Shown: positions 48,692 to 62,411, counted from the first letter of the whole stretch. The stretch: DNA of 63,735 nucleotides, filler included, from Hyphochytrium catenoides (GCA_900088475.1; 5 parts of 5 records of this genome joined end to end with filler, not necessarily neighbours in it); one strand, 5' to 3'. Program-made: numbers and translations. Notes: generated by a model not told the origin, from the letters alone.

Positions 48692-51483
48692 ATGCCAGAG
48701 AAGTGTAGGATATCAACTGTTGCGCCTCTTAGCACAATGCCCCCACATCTACCAAGCAATAGCCACTGCACCCCTATGGCTGTGGAAGACTGGGTGGAGT
48801 CAGAAGTACTTCGAGCACCTCAGCCCATCTCTCTACATCCTAGATACTCTCTGCATGTCCCTCCAGAACTCGTTGGCTATGTGCTTTCGTTCCTAGATGG
48901 TGACACTCTGTTGGCAGCAGGAAGGGTGTGCAGGTTGTGGGAGAAGTGGGCGAGGCAGCGCTCCGTGTGGAAGAATATCTGTCAGGCCAAGTGGCCGACC
49001 CTTCGACAAGGGACGCTGCCGCAGCTCCCAGGGGCGCCAGACTATGATGTAGGTTACGAAGAACTGGGGAGAGAGTGCCATTAGATGGTCTTGTGGTTCT
49101 ATGACTCCTCTCATAGCTGTTCACAAAGCGCTACGTCCTCTGTTTTCTCCTGGTTTTGCTTGGCTTCTCTATCTAATTATCTGTCCTTGAACGGCAAGCC
49201 CGGACCGCAGTGTGGTCTCCCATGCATCCTCTTCTTACCCCTGTCCCTTCTACTTGTGCAGCTGATCCGGCTGTACCAGGGCTCCTGGAGGAAGTGCTAC
49301 TTAGAGCACGATCAGGTAAGAAGCCGGAGCTACGTTCCTCTGTTCTTGTCCGCTCTAATATTTTCCTCTGATCTCTGTCTCTCTTCTCTTTGCCCACTTC
49401 TTGCCAATGTTGCAGAGAAACCAAAGTGCCGAACTCTATGTAAACCTGCCAAACTTCTCTCAACTCTCAGATGAGCGGATCGAATCGCCTACCTTCTCCA
49501 TAGGCGAACACCACTTTTGTCTTTGGATCTACCCTAGAGGAAACCCTCACGAAGCAGAGTATGCAGGCAGAGTTCTCTCCATGTACCTAGTGATGACGGA
49601 CCTGGATCAGCGGGACCCTGAGTGGGTCACATGTGCAGTTTTCACGCTAAAGGTTATCAATCAAAAGGATAGTAGAAAGTCCCTTGAATGGCATTCTTCC
49701 TTGAGTGACATTCGCTTCGATGAGCAACTGACCAACTGGGGCGTGCACTCGCTTGGCCGTCTGGATTGCCTGATGAACCCTGACAATGGCTTCTTAATGG
49801 GTGACACGCTGAAAGTGGGCGTGAGGCTCCGCCTGATGACAATTACCTGCTATCTGGTGACGGAGGACGACATGAAGAACCACAGGGGCTTTGGACTGGC
49901 AGATATGGAGAAAGTCAGGTCGATAGAGCTTCTCTTTTGCAGCACGTACTTTGACATGCTCAAACAGATAGCAGAAGCTTTGGACGTTAGCCCTGACCAC
50001 ATTCGCCTCTGGTGCTTCAATCAACCGATCTCAACGGGCTTTGCTCTTCGACCACGCCGCCTGTTATCCAGTCTTAGTGGTGCCCGGTATTTCCTCCCTA
50101 TGTTTGGAGGGCTTCTACGGGACGGGATCGACATCGATGCCTATTCCAGCTGTTATCTATATGTAGAGGACATCTGCCACAGACCGCGGATAGTGCCTTC
50201 CTTACTATCGCCCCAACCCTCACCTAGGCCAGAGAGAGCGGAGAAAGGAATCCAGCAGGATGCCTCTTTCTCTCGTGGCTCCGATCGCAGAACAACCGAG
50301 GCGCCGGGTGGGACTATTACACAGCCTTCTCCCACGGCAGAGGTCTGTGCACTACTATTTATTAAATATCTCAACCCTTTCAACGGGGAGCTGGTCTACT
50401 TAGGTAGATGTGCCTACGACGACGCCATAACTACATTAGCACTGGCCGGGCTTGTAGGACAGCGGCTGGGCATAGACCCGCTAGCTCTAGATATATTCAG
50501 AGAGGATATCATTCCTTCTGGGGAGCTGATACAGGTCCCAGTGACCAACATGCCTATCAAGGGATCTAGGGAGGAGGTCAGAGACGCAGATGTCCTGATA
50601 TTTGTTCTGCGCTCTTCGCGTTTCTCTGCCCAGGATATCTGCGCGGTCCTTCTTCGTAAGTCAATCAAACGATTTTTGACCCTTGATTTCCTGTCGTTAC
50701 GTCTCCCTTCTCCGCTTTATCCTGTCTTATCCACCAGTGCGATTTCTCCCTTCCCTGTCTAAATTTTCTCACGGGGCCAATATTCTCTACTCACAATCTG
50801 CCTTTGTCTACGTTCATGGTGCGACCCTTGTAGAGTCGCTTTACCGAAGAGCGCAAGATCTTTACGACCAGGAGATAGGCCTAGTGACCCTCCACCAGGT
50901 GGAAACTTTGTCGGAGAAGCTCGGAATCCAGAAGTTCAGAGTCCGCAGTGCATTCAGAAAGTGCAATGAAGATCCTAAAGCAACCCTAGGCTATATCATG
51001 CAGGGCAGGCACCTGGGCTTTATATGCGATAACTGTGGAGAGACAGACTTCCGCGGCTACCGCTTTAACTGCAAGACCTGTGAGGACTATGACCTCTGCG
51101 ACAAATGCCAAGGTATTTTGAGAGGGGTTGCACTGGTCCTTGAGTTCCTTAGTCTTCGGGAATACGCGCTCGCTCTTGGCTGATCACCAGCTTGGATCTC
51201 CTCCTCTTGAGTATGGCTCTCAACCAAGACTAACCACACTGCTTACGTGGCTCTCATAGAAACTGCGACGCGGGTGACTCATCGCTACGCAAACATCAAC
51301 GGGAAATGGCAGAAGCAGCCTAATTTTGTGGATCATGACATGACGCACGAGGTGGCGAGGATATCTCCAGTCTTCCACAACTATGGAGGGAACCAGAAGA
51401 GATGCAAGTCCGCAGTGGTGCACCCTTTCCATAGCTATCCGTCAGTGAAATTTGACATGGAGAAGGTTGCTGCCGCAGATTGA
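48692..51483 (+). CDS. F-box + MATH + USP7-like ubiquitin-like domains + ZZ zinc finger protein; about 5 exons
   Basis: F-box LHVPPELVGYVLSFLD...VCRLW; MATH ESPTFSIGEHHFCLWIYPRGN...LSMYL...WG...GFL..DTL; IRLWCF...RP and LLFIKYLNP...LVYLG (USP7 UBL-like); ZZ HLGFICDNC...RGYRFNCKTCEDYDLCDKC. GT-AG introns at ~49049-49261, 49316-49415, 50656-50832, 51113-51259. Confidence 0.85.
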
Positions 51484-51741
51484 GAGACAGCGAGAAGAGG
51501 GATAGAATGCTGCTAGAACTATGCCTTTTCTCTAGTCAGAGAGTAGCTGTGTACATTAATGATAAAACAAAAGTAAAGGCTTTGCCAACAAATCGGCCGT
51601 TCATGGAGGTCTATGGGCTTGAAAGCCGTCTCGGAAGTTGTCTCACCTCCTCTATATACAATGGGCTAATGGTACAAAGCTAGTCTCCACTTCCTTCCTT
51701 TTCTAACATATGTTGATCTGCTACTTCGTTCGTTGGGAGTA

Positions 51742-52305
51742 CTATTGCACAGAGAGAGCCGGTACCTCGCTCTGCCTCTCAAGAGACATCTCTGGAAACA
51801 CGGAAGGGGATGAGTCGTCTTCCGTATGTAGTGACGACTTGCACCCTGACAGGGCTTCCTCTTGGTAAACCTGATGCTCCTGAGGCTGGATATCATTCCT
51901 CTTGAGAAACATCATATAGCACGTCTTCCCTATAGTGTGATCGTACCCTTCCGCGTGCTGAAGATAATTTGCCGCCAAGCAGACATCCTGAATGATCTGA
52001 AGGCTGACTTGTTGCTGGTGATAGAGGAAGTCCAAATACCGGCTGAAATGAGCAGGATTGATGGGAGGATGAACAAATAGATGATGTGCCTGGCCCCATG
52101 ACACCCATTTCTCCCAGTGTTCAAGATAAGCCTGAGGAATGCTCACGCTCTTTTTCCAGTGGTGCTTTGCGCCAGTAGGAGATAGAATCCCGCCCTGTGT
52201 TCGTCGGCGCACTAAAGCTGCATTATGCCCGAATCCCTGTTGATGGTAGTGTGATCGCGGACTCGTGGTCCTGCCGAAGCTATCTTCACAGATAACATGC
52301 ACCAT
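51742..52305 (-). CDS. BTB/POZ-like domain protein
   Basis: PPINPAHFSRYLDFLY...SLQIIQDVCLAANYLQ matches the C-terminal half of BTB domains. Confidence 0.6.
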   Translation of the reverse strand: MVHVICEDSFGRTTSPRSHYHQQGFGHNAALVRRRTQGGILSPTGAKHHWKKSVSIPQAYLEHWEKWVSWGQAHHLFVHPPINPAHFSRYLDFLYHQQQVSLQIIQDVCLAANYLQHAEGYDHTIGKTCYMMFLKRNDIQPQEHQVYQEEALSGCKSSLHTEDDSSPSVFPEMSLERQSEVPALSVQ

Positions 52306-55300
52306 ATTTCACTAATCCCTGGCTTGCAGCAAATGGGACACGTCTCGAAAGTTGGCAAATCAGCAGCAGGCGCTCTAGCAGTCCCTAGCTGAACGCTCTA
52401 AAGTGCAGGTGTCGTCGGATGTCCGATCCTCTGGGAGTTTGAAGCGCCGCCAGGAGTGCTCTTGCAGAAGTTTCGATGCTGTTTCTCTCTGATCTTTGAT
52501 GGCGCGGTAGAGTTGGTCTCGCTCTCGTTCTGCTAACGAAGAAAATTATGGTCTGTTGGTTTAGAAGACTCGTTCTACAAACCTCCATATTTTCCTTTCC
52601 TCTCTCTCTTGAAGTTCTACAAGTAGTAGGTTTTTCATGAGATCATGAGAGGGAGACAGAGGCTGGCGGGGAGAGAAAGTAAGAGAGAACAGCCAAAGTG
52701 GGAGAGACAGAGCAGAAGGGAAAGAGAAAGAGAGAGCGAGAGATGATAAGAGATTTTTTCTTGTCAAATGCGTATAGGTTATAAGGCCTGATGTGATAGG
52801 GATGAGTGACAGACAGAGAGAGACAGAGCAACAGAGAGAGAAAGGTACAGAGATGAGAGGTGAGAGAGAAGGGAAAGAAGTTTGGGTTTGGGTGCAGTTG
52901 GGGTCAGACGAGACAGCGGCCTAACCTTGATCTTCGCACTGGATTCTTGAAACCTCCCGCCTGTTCGAGCCTACTCTTTCTCCCTATCTAGTGTATCTCA
53001 TTACTTATCGTAGCACTTGTGGGAGGTGGAGTTTCTATGGAGTTACAATCAAACATGAAGTGGAAGAAAGGATCTGTCTTTAACAAGATTACATCTCTAC
53101 CCACTCTGTCTCGCGCCCTTTCAAGACCTTTTAGCCTCAATGCTAAAATCCCCCAATCCTGTTCCGCACGAGAGATGCACCTGCCTCTCCACTCCCGCAA
53201 AACGGCCCTTTCCGTGTCCACCGTCGGGCGGGATAATCCAAGGATCTACCGCTGAAGGGCAGAAGATAATGTGATGTAGTCTGTTCGACCTGATACTATG
53301 CCGGTCTGGCCCTTTATGGGTCGAACTCTCGGGAGCGTTCTTTACCTTCAGATGTTCCTTCTAGAAAGGTACCGCCCGCTAAGAGTGCATGTAACCCTCG
53401 TATGTTTATTTAGACTGTACTCGATTTCAGGGAATTGTACTACCATTATCTTCCTTCTGTATCTGCAACTAACAACTACACCGCACAGCTCCGGCTTATT
53501 TTCTGTGATTTGGCCTGATGTCACACCCCTTGTGTGTCTCTCATTTGCTCGGTCTTCATTTTCCACTGTTTATGCCTCTCTGGACACAAAGGCGAGGCTA
53601 TCTGTCTATCGTCACTTGTCACTTCTTGGGAAAAAGATACTATACCTCCTGCGGACATAGTATTTAAAACGATCATAACGGTATTAATCCTGCAGATAGG
53701 GTATTGAATAATGCATCCGGCAGATGGTGGAGAACCTTGTCATGAGATCATAGAGAACTGGTAGCCTTCTGATTGGTCCCCTGCCTGGTGACGTTTAGGC
53801 AGCGTCACAGGAAGACTTCGAAATCCTAGATTTATCATGTGAATAAAGGGTAGTTCTAGCTCTATGGGAGTGCAAGGGCGAAGAACCTAAAGTGTCTCGC
53901 CCATTTAAAATAGGAATGGAGGACAGTGCAGGCCGGGCTTTTTGTCTATCCTAGACATTCCCCTGAACACTAGTAGTTCTTCCAAAGGCCTGCCTGCAGT
54001 AAGGTGCGATTTAGGTCAAATAAAAGTACAGCCTTTCGATTGTGTTGTATCGCACGCGCCGCATCATGACATAACTGACTAAAGGCAGGACCATTGGCAT
54101 TCTTTTGTCTTTTGGGGTTTATTTCTATAGAGCTAAACTCTTGGTTCTAAGTTCTAAATCTCTTGTCATTTCCTCCAAAAGCTGGAGTAGTGACCAAGAC
54201 GGGTCCTCGCCTTTCAGCTTGCAGTCTTGACAAGGATGGTTCTCCACGAAACTAATGCTTATTTGGCCGACGTTAGACGAAATGTCACAGGACGACTTGC
54301 ACCAGGGATCCGTGTTTTACGAAAGAGTTAACCTAAAATAGCAGGTTGCACAGACAGGCTGTCTGGAGATGATGAGCTGGATGATGTGTGGTCGGCCTTT
54401 GGTTGATGGATGAAGTGCACTAAATCTTTGGTGCTGATGGCTCTTCGCACATCAATCCAGTCGGTCAGTCAGTCTGCCGCCCCATCTCATCACACCGCTT
54501 CGGGCAGCCAGTCCATCTTTCTTTGTCTGGTCTCTGTGAGCACTGATTGCTTGCTGTGGCTGGACTTATTATGTGCTGGATGCTGGCTCCTCCATCGTGA
54601 CTGGTAGGGGATGATGACCAGGTGTAGGAAGGAGGTACACTGGAGCGGAGCCAGAGGGCACAGGGGCCAGGGCTACAGCTCTGTATAGATGCAAGGAGGA
54701 GAAGAAGATGGAGGAGGAGGAGGAGGAAACAAGGCCCGCGAGATGATATTTCCCGATATGATAAGTGGTTGGGGGGGGGGGCTAAGGCGTGCGAGCATTG
54801 CATTGTCTTTGTTATTATCTCAAAGGCTGGCATTGCTGCAGCCTAAAGGTGATACAGGAGATACAGGAAGGACGAGGATGGTAGGGAAATGATGATGCGC
54901 CACACCTCTTCTCCTGGCTCTGTCGCTGCACTCAGACGACGCACGTCCTCCCGCTCGTGATATCAGCTGCAGTAGTTAGGCGGCGCAGCTGTTGCTTGTT
55001 CACGCTCATGGCGTCATCAGCTGCTTGGACGTGGTAACAGGAAAATGGGAGCATACAGACAGAAGAGAAAGCGAGTGAAGAAGGGACATCGTTTGAGCAC
55101 TCGCTCCTTGAGTTAGATATCCCGACCTAATCGGAGATGAATGGTAGTGATGTCAAGTGAAAGAGACGTGATTGGGCTTAGCAGGCTGTGTGACCGGACA
55201 AAATTTTCCTCATCCTCTGTTCTATCTTTCTTGTTATGTGGAAGGTCACCTGATATTCTGCCATGGTGATATAAAAAGGAGGCAGAAAAGAGAAACATGC

Positions 55301-56323
55301 CTTGTACTCGATCAGTCTTCAGAGTTCTGACGGCTGCAAGAGCTATCGCACAAGTTTAAAAAAGAAGCTCAGTTTCAAATTTTTCATTCGTTTGAATGGT
55401 GGAGGTCGCTACGGTTCTGTCTATATCACTTGCTTGTGACGACGATTCAGCGGCGTAGAGGCTAGATGTCGGTTGTTTGTCTAATGCTCCTAAAGCAGAA
55501 TAAAGCGAAAGGGCGGCGTAGCCCTACTAATATCACTCATATCGCAGATGATAAGTATCGTCAAGAAGTACTAGAGGGCAAGGGAAGCTGCTCCTCTGCC
55601 TCACCGCGTTTAAGCAGGCTGAGAGACGATCGTCATTCAAAGGCTTATCGACCCCCGGCATACCTCTCATTCTAGGACGCTGCGACAACCTCCTTGAATG
55701 ACGCTAGTGCCATCGCCCTTGGCGGACAGCGGTAAGTATGACCAAGGTCTTCGTTTGCGGTATTGTAGGGCCAATGCCCCTATCTAGCGTAGGTTTGAAC
55801 GAGTCCAGTAGAGCTTCCTCTGTTTGCCCAGAGCGAAAGGAATCTTCTATATGTAGCATCCTCCTTTGTTGCACAAGTGCGCTGTGTGAGACAAAAGCAA
55901 CAAACCAATGAATGAACGGTGAAGGATGAAGGTTTAGTGTGAGAGAAAGATGTAGGTGTTCAGTGCAAAGGGAGCAAAATATCATCACTCCCAAACTGAT
56001 TGTCTTGTCCCAACCCTAGGTTTGAGCAGGTGTGACCATCTTATACGCAAGCCTCCGCTTAACCATCTCTAAAGCAGGAGAGAGCGCTCCTCCTTGTGCG
56101 AAGCTAGCTTAAACAGAAGATGGAGAGTGATTCGTGGTGGTGGTGGTTCGTAAGTGAGTGGTGACTCCAGCCGCTAGTCCAGACTCCGGATCGCCCAGTC
56201 AACCTCGGACTCCTACTCTTCTTTAACAACCTGAGAACGCTGGGGTTACTGGCAAAACAGCAGCCACTAGAGGATGGATGATAGCAATCATGCTAGTAGC
56301 TTTCTATAAGAGTTCGATTATCG

Positions 56324-57145
56324 TTATACTGCCCGTAAAGGGCCGCAGCAGCAATAGACCTTCTGGCACCACGAAGGTTCTATGACGTTAGAACAGTTCC
56401 ACCATTGAGGTTCATAAACCACCGGCTCTGCCTGGAGTCTCTGAACTTCCTCCTCTGTCAGTGCAATCGCAAGCCAGCTGATGGTTTCGTGGTAGGTGCT
56501 GTCATCATCCACCGGAAAAGTAATCTCATTGGTCTGAATCTTGGCGTACATGCCCTTTGGAGCGAGCTCGTCGTTCAGATCTTCCAGCCAGTGACGAAGT
56601 AGTCGATGGTAGACGACCTCTTTACGGCAGAAACACGGCAAAAAGATTAGCGTCGTATAGTAGAAGATGTACTCGCAACAACTTGGGGCTTTGCGCTGGA
56701 CCTCTCTTTCTAGACGCTGGCACATTTGCTCCCAGTATTCCGGTGCTACCCCGCGGGCGGCAAGTTGCGGCGGAAGGGGTAATCCCTTATCTAACCCGGA
56801 GGTGGTGCCACAGAAGCTCGACTCAGTGAAAGGGAGGATAAGGCGAGACCCAGTAGATCGAGGCATATGGACGGCCCATCCGCCCATTTCGACAGCATCT
56901 CCCCGCTGATTAAAACCAGACATCTGTGCCTGATAAGCCGGAGATACGCAGCCAGCTTGCTGTGCCTCTACCATCATGGTGGCAACAGGGGGTATGGGGG
57001 TCTTGCTGCCAACATCAAGAGGTTCAGGTGGGTGTTCTTTTTTTGGCAGCGGAGAGGTACTGGCGATATACATGATGAGCGCGTCGTCTTCTTCAGCTGT
57101 TATCGCTGGATAGGCTTGATTACTGCTACCTCTATGATCCAACAA
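56324..57145 (-). CDS. Cysteine-rich Erf4/GOLGA7-like membrane-associated protein
   Basis: 273-aa ORF; LPPQLAARGV...W......L...CC....TTLIFLPCFC....Y...L..WL..LN....PKG pattern; Cys-rich C-terminus. Confidence 0.55.
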   Translation of the reverse strand: MLDHRGSSNQAYPAITAEEDDALIMYIASTSPLPKKEHPPEPLDVGSKTPIPPVATMMVEAQQAGCVSPAYQAQMSGFNQRGDAVEMGGWAVHMPRSTGSRLILPFTESSFCGTTSGLDKGLPLPPQLAARGVAPEYWEQMCQRLEREVQRKAPSCCEYIFYYTTLIFLPCFCRKEVVYHRLLRHWLEDLNDELAPKGMYAKIQTNEITFPVDDDSTYHETISWLAIALTEEEVQRLQAEPVVYEPQWWNCSNVIEPSWCQKVYCCCGPLRAV

Positions 57146-58769
57146 CGTATCCCGAGAGACCGTGGTGAAGATCTAGGGTGTCATCCTTCCGTCCTCGCAC
57201 AGTGCCAGTACTATGTAATAATAGGGAGAGAGAGATATCAAAGCGCAAGAATGTGCTCACCAATGTCTCGTAGCGGCGTCGGCATGGATGGTGCTAGGGG
57301 TGGAATGGAGCTCGGCTGATAAGCTATGAATGAGGCTTCCTCAGAGACATAGGAAAGCAACTTTTGAAAGAAAGCAGAGGAGGCAAAATTTGTTGCCTCT
57401 GGAAGAAGCTCCTCTGGTGGATAATGGTGCCTGCAAGATGAGCCTTCTAGTGGTGGGAAAGGTGGGGCGTGTGGCTCAACGTACCTCCGACAGCTCCTCC
57501 GACTCTGTCTCCGTAGTGCTATCGGCCCCGTCGCGCAAAAAAAACAGCCTTGCAATCGAATCTTGGCTCCTTTATTATAAAACTCGACGAAGCACTTGCA
57601 CTATCTAGTAGTAGGTGGCTTTTCCATGTAGAGTGGTAGCTCTACAGCTCCCTTCCCTTTGCATCATGCTGTGCGAGAACTATCATCATCACGCCTTTCG
57701 AGACCTGCTCGTAACTCTGAGGATATTCGAAGCCTGCCTTCAACCAACGCTCTACAGAATTGTAACCACTCACTCTTAGACCACCCATTCCACCCATCGT
57801 CGGCCATCAGCCAAAGTGAGCCTCCTTACTCCTTATCAGAATCATCACAGTCTCAAAGACAACGACGAACAAGGTAATTTATAGTACGGAGTATTTAGAT
57901 ATTAAAAATAATGGAGCGTTCAAGCGCACCGGTGTACAGGGACGGCGGGTTCGATTTGGCTTGCAAAATCATCTCTTGAGGTCCTGACAACAGCTACAAA
58001 CCAACCAGCAGGCAGAGAGCAGCGGTTGCCCTTTGCCGTACATCGTTCTATTTGGCTTGCTCATGGGCTCATGGGAGACCACTGGCAGTGTGTGGCTATT
58101 ACTGAGGATATTGTCGTTCCTCGAGACTAAGAAAGCAGCTAAATGAAGGAGACAGTATCCCTTCTGTCTTCCTTAGCCGTCTAAATAATAATATGGACTT
58201 CTACTGCATCTCTCCCAAGAGGCATCTATCAAAGTACGCCGTTTTTTTCCAGTCATTCTCCTTCCCTTTTGTCCTCTTCTGCTTGTTTTCTCTCCTCATC
58301 GCTTTCTATGCAAGTAGTAGTTCTAGATCTGTCGTCCCATTGCTGGTCTCCGTGTCCTGTTCGTTTGTTCTTCCTCTCGCTCTGCTTTCACTCTCTCCAT
58401 CTGTTGCGGTCCAGGATCGCTAGTACTGGGTCAGCATCTTCTTTTACTCCGTCCTAGTACAGCCTGATTGACTGATAGCTCGGCTGATGCGATCGACGAC
58501 TAAGCAACCAGGAGGTTTCGAAGAACTGGATACTGCGCCTTTTTACCAGAACACTACCGATACAGCTCTTCTAGCTGAGGCCGAAAGTTCAGTCATCAAT
58601 GCTACTGCTGGTTATCTCATAGCTCAAGGATAATGAAGGAAGAATGAGGGGACGAAGCTGCTATGAGACGTTATAAGAAGACCAGCAGCAAGAAAGTGAA
58701 TTGTAAAAAGAAATGGTCTATGAAGGATGGCGAAGGAGATGGTCGGAAACATAGGACCGTCATCAGAGC

Positions 58770-60229
58770 TCATACACCACAGGACTGCATCGTTCCTCTC
58801 TTGGCGACGAATGCGTAAGTCGAAAGGCACTCCAAAGGGATCCCAAGGGCTTTGCAACGCTGTAAAGCTCCTCTTGTTGCCTCGATCAGCGTTAGAACCG
58901 ACTGCAGCTGCCTAGGAGCACTTCCTAAAGTCTTTCTTGCCTATGATGACCAAGAGCATAATTCAGCATCAGGACCGCCGGCAGCCTCATCGAGGGTCTC
59001 TACCGTTCAGAAAGTAGAAAGAAGTACTGGTCGATGATTGGAAGTATTCTTACCTTATCTTCAAAGCTTGGGTGCAGGACAGAGCTCACCTCCCATTGGC
59101 AGTCATCAAGTTCTGGACTCGTAATCTCTGTGGTCCGCATAATCTCCCATCCCGCCTCAGTGGCCAGCTTTTTAGCGGATTCCTGCCCAATGACGCATCT
59201 GATGTTGCTTTCACTCTTGGGAATGCTTGCCTCTAGTTGCTGCTGAGCAAGGGCCGCAAGCAGGTGCGGTGTGTCGGCTAGCCCTCTAGGTGTGATTCCG
59301 TATTCCGCAAAAAAGAGGTATTCTGCTCCTAGCTCTGCAGCTTTGTCAAACAGATCCTTCAAGGTCTGCGGACCTGAAAAGTACCTTACCGATGCGACGA
59401 GGAGGGTTATAGGAAGGAGGATCGTATACAAACGGAATGAACAATCTTAGTATAAGAAGAGATGGCAACGAGAGAAATGCGAAGAAGCTCACCACGAACA
59501 GTGGACTAAAGTCGCTGCAGTCACTCTTTGCTCCCAGTCTGTTCCAACGGCCGCCTTCAAAGTATCCCTGGTCAGGGTAGCAGGATCCGTCTCCAGGAGG
59601 AACTTCATGTACTTGCCTAGCTTCCCTTTCGCCAGATGAATAGTAGCTTCCTCTAAGGTCGTCGGGCTGCCGTAGCTAGGTCGAGCAGGGTCAATACCAA
59701 GCACCATATGACCTCCTCTTCTCTGCCCTTCTTCTTGCTCTTCTCCACCCATCTCTTGTCTTTCTTCTGCGGTACTAACATTCCCGCTTCCATCCTGAAA
59801 TTTGTCGAAGGCACTAGCCAGTATCGCCGTCATTTCTCCCTAGTGGAAAGGAAGAATGAGGCCAAGACGGCACTCGTCAGCGACCAGAACAAAATCACGG
59901 GTATAGTAGAGGAGATGAGAGAGCGAAGCGTGAGAAGAAGAGTAGTAGCAATCCAAAAACAAACAAAAGCCGGTGTAAATAAGCCGCTAAGCTGCTGCTG
60001 ACCTGTCCGCAGCCAAACTCCAAAAGCAAGGCGGCGACCCGGTCAGAAGAGGAACTGCTGTTTGATCTTTCTCCTGCATTCTCAGGCTTTGTCCCACCTA
60101 AGAGAGTGCCGCAGGGATCAAAAAACTCTTTGATTTTGAGTCGATGACGGACTTGTCGTTCCTGAATCTCTATCGCCTTCTTGGACCCCGACGAGGTATA
60201 AAGATAAAGACTAGCGAGTTCTTGTGCCC
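58770..60229 (-). CDS. Class I SAM-dependent methyltransferase of fungal/bacterial type; at least 4 exons
   Basis: Spliced reading IQERQVRHRLKI...LLEFGCGQ|GEMTAILA...VLGIDPARPSYGSPTTLEEA...HCSW|YFSGP...FAEY...PHLLAALAQ...SNIR...AGW; GT-AG introns at ~60002-59841, ~59493-59384, ~59052-58941. First exon not located. Confidence 0.8.
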
Positions 60230-62311
60230 TAGTAGTTGAAGACTGTATGGTATACAGGGGAAAAGGAAGCCGCAGTAGGGCATAAGCAGGGAAGTGTTAG
60301 AGATCAACAAGAGCGAGCCGTCGGGAGTAAGGGGTCACACAAGGCGCCACGAGAAAGGTCGACTAAGAGTTCCTAAGAAGAGCAGAGTCACAGCGGATGA
60401 TGTGGGGGACATTAGAACATCTTCTTTACTATCTCACGAAACATAAGAAAGAGTGTCGGCATTCAGTTAGCGGTGGCGGAGGGAAGAAGAGGGATAGTGG
60501 AGAAGAGGTCATAAGCGAAGCAACTCTAAACAATAGGCAGATAGAGGAGCCAACCATTATTAGCAAAGCGGTAGTCCTATAGGGTTCTCCGTCGTCGATC
60601 TCTACTAATACAAGTGGTATGATGGGCTGTGAAGAAAGAAGCAGCAGCATCATTAGTTCAGTATAGAAGGAGGACGAATCAAGCCAAGCTTGCGTTACCC
60701 AATACGCATACACTTTTTAGGTACAATGGTAGTGAGGACGATGTGCTGCGGCGCGCCAAGATTGGGTTAAAGAGGAATGCTGTGCAGTCCTTACATTTCT
60801 TGCTCTGGAAGAATGACGGGTCTGCACCACTTATTTCGATGGAACAGTTGACACTAAAGAGACAGACTTCTGACAAGGCCAAGGACTGCGTTGCTTCGTA
60901 TCTTGTGTGGCGCTGGGTGGTGAGAGGGAGCAGGAACAATGAAGAGTGGATCTTCCAAGGTAGGATGAGGCTTTCGCACTGCAGGTTGAGGAGGAGGAAG
61001 AAGCAAGGAAAATCACTGTCTTCTTGCCAGTAGGTACTATAACAAAGCTCAGCTGTGGCGTGGACCAACCTTCTCATGAGCCAGCAAAGAAGAAGGCTAG
61101 GAGCAAGCCCTCCGCCTCCTGATGAGGACAGCCATTCTCATGATGGCATCAAGCATCATCATTGTCTGTTCTCTTCTCGTACCAAGAGCAGTCAGGCAGC
61201 TATAGACAGCAGCAGGCAGCAGGTCAACCCATCATCAATCATCACTCCTCAGACCCGTAGTCTCAGTCTCAGCAGCAGCACAAGGAGACTGAAAGGGCCA
61301 AAGACCGCCCTTCAACCTTCAACGCCCATCACAGAAAATAACAGGAACTTTCGGTTCACGCATTATTCATGGATCTTGCTCTTTCTCATAGTAAGTCAGT
61401 GTACAACTACAACGCACAATGTATGTTTATCAGCTATAAGAATCCTAGGAGGGACATGAAGAAGGAGGATGAAAGCAAGAAGGGAAGAAGAAGAGAAGAA
61501 GAAGTGTGGTCGATAGAGGAGGAGGAGTCATAGGTTGAAGCGAAGGGGATGAGGACCAGATCGATCTTGGGCCAGGGCTTTCTTAGGACGAGGAAGACGA
61601 CAATGTCCATGTCAGAATATCATCCTCCTCCCTACTCACTCCAGTTCACGACGATGATGACGCAGCAGCAGCAACCTACCTCGAGAACTAGTTGTCCTGG
61701 TCCCAGCTAGCTTCTATTATTATCTTCATCATCCGCTTGTTGATGCTGTTCTTGGCATCATCATTAGGAACAGAGGAGGAAGAAAGAAGGAAGGAGAAGA
61801 TACAGAGTCTCTCATTAATCTGTATAATAGTGAGGAAGAGAGCCACGTTGTGCCTGCTGACATGAGGAACAAACATCCAAGAAGGTAGTCGACCGCGTCA
61901 TGATGGCCGCTGGTAAGGTGATTACTTAGAAAAGAGAGCTCCTGGTCATTAAGGTTGTGGTATCATGTTACTGTCTCACTTCGTCTCTCCGCCACGCATT
62001 CCCTCTACCGAGTAATGCTAGGGACAAAGAAGAGAGTGATGGTGGTGGCATACAGGTATACGTATAACTTGCAGCTCTCCACACCTATCGCCACCTCCCA
62101 TATACAGTTGAAAGCCGTGTTGAAAGGAATCGTGACAGCAGGAAGAATAAGATATCTTTCCTTCTTGCTCCATGAGGTTAAGATTGCTTCTACTACCAGT
62201 TAGGAGGGCTAGCGGAGAGTCACACCAAAAAAACTAAGCCATATAAAGATTATTATAGAGAGGACGTATATACACTTCCCGATCGTCATTGCCTGACAAA
62301 GAGTTTAATTG

Positions 62312-62411
62312 NNNNNNNNNNNNNNNNNNNNNNNNNNNNNNNNNNNNNNNNNNNNTTAATTAATTAANNNNNNNNNNNNNNNNNNNNNNNNNNNNNNNNN
62401 NNNNNNNNNNN
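62312..62411. other. Artificial scaffold linker
   Basis: N44-TTAATTAATTAA-N44. Confidence 0.98.

Noticed and set aside
57910-57960. tRNA or tRNA-derived SINE (GGGTTCGATT B-box-like)
   Set aside because: No cloverleaf or T-stem pairing; no second copy in the window.
60629-61123. Possible spliced gene on the + strand
   Set aside because: Plausible splice sites, but no recognisable domain or complete gene model.
14472-62411. Repeated TTAATTAATTAA palindromes as a biological repeat
   Set aside because: Always centred in 100-nt N linkers; assembly concatenation artefact.
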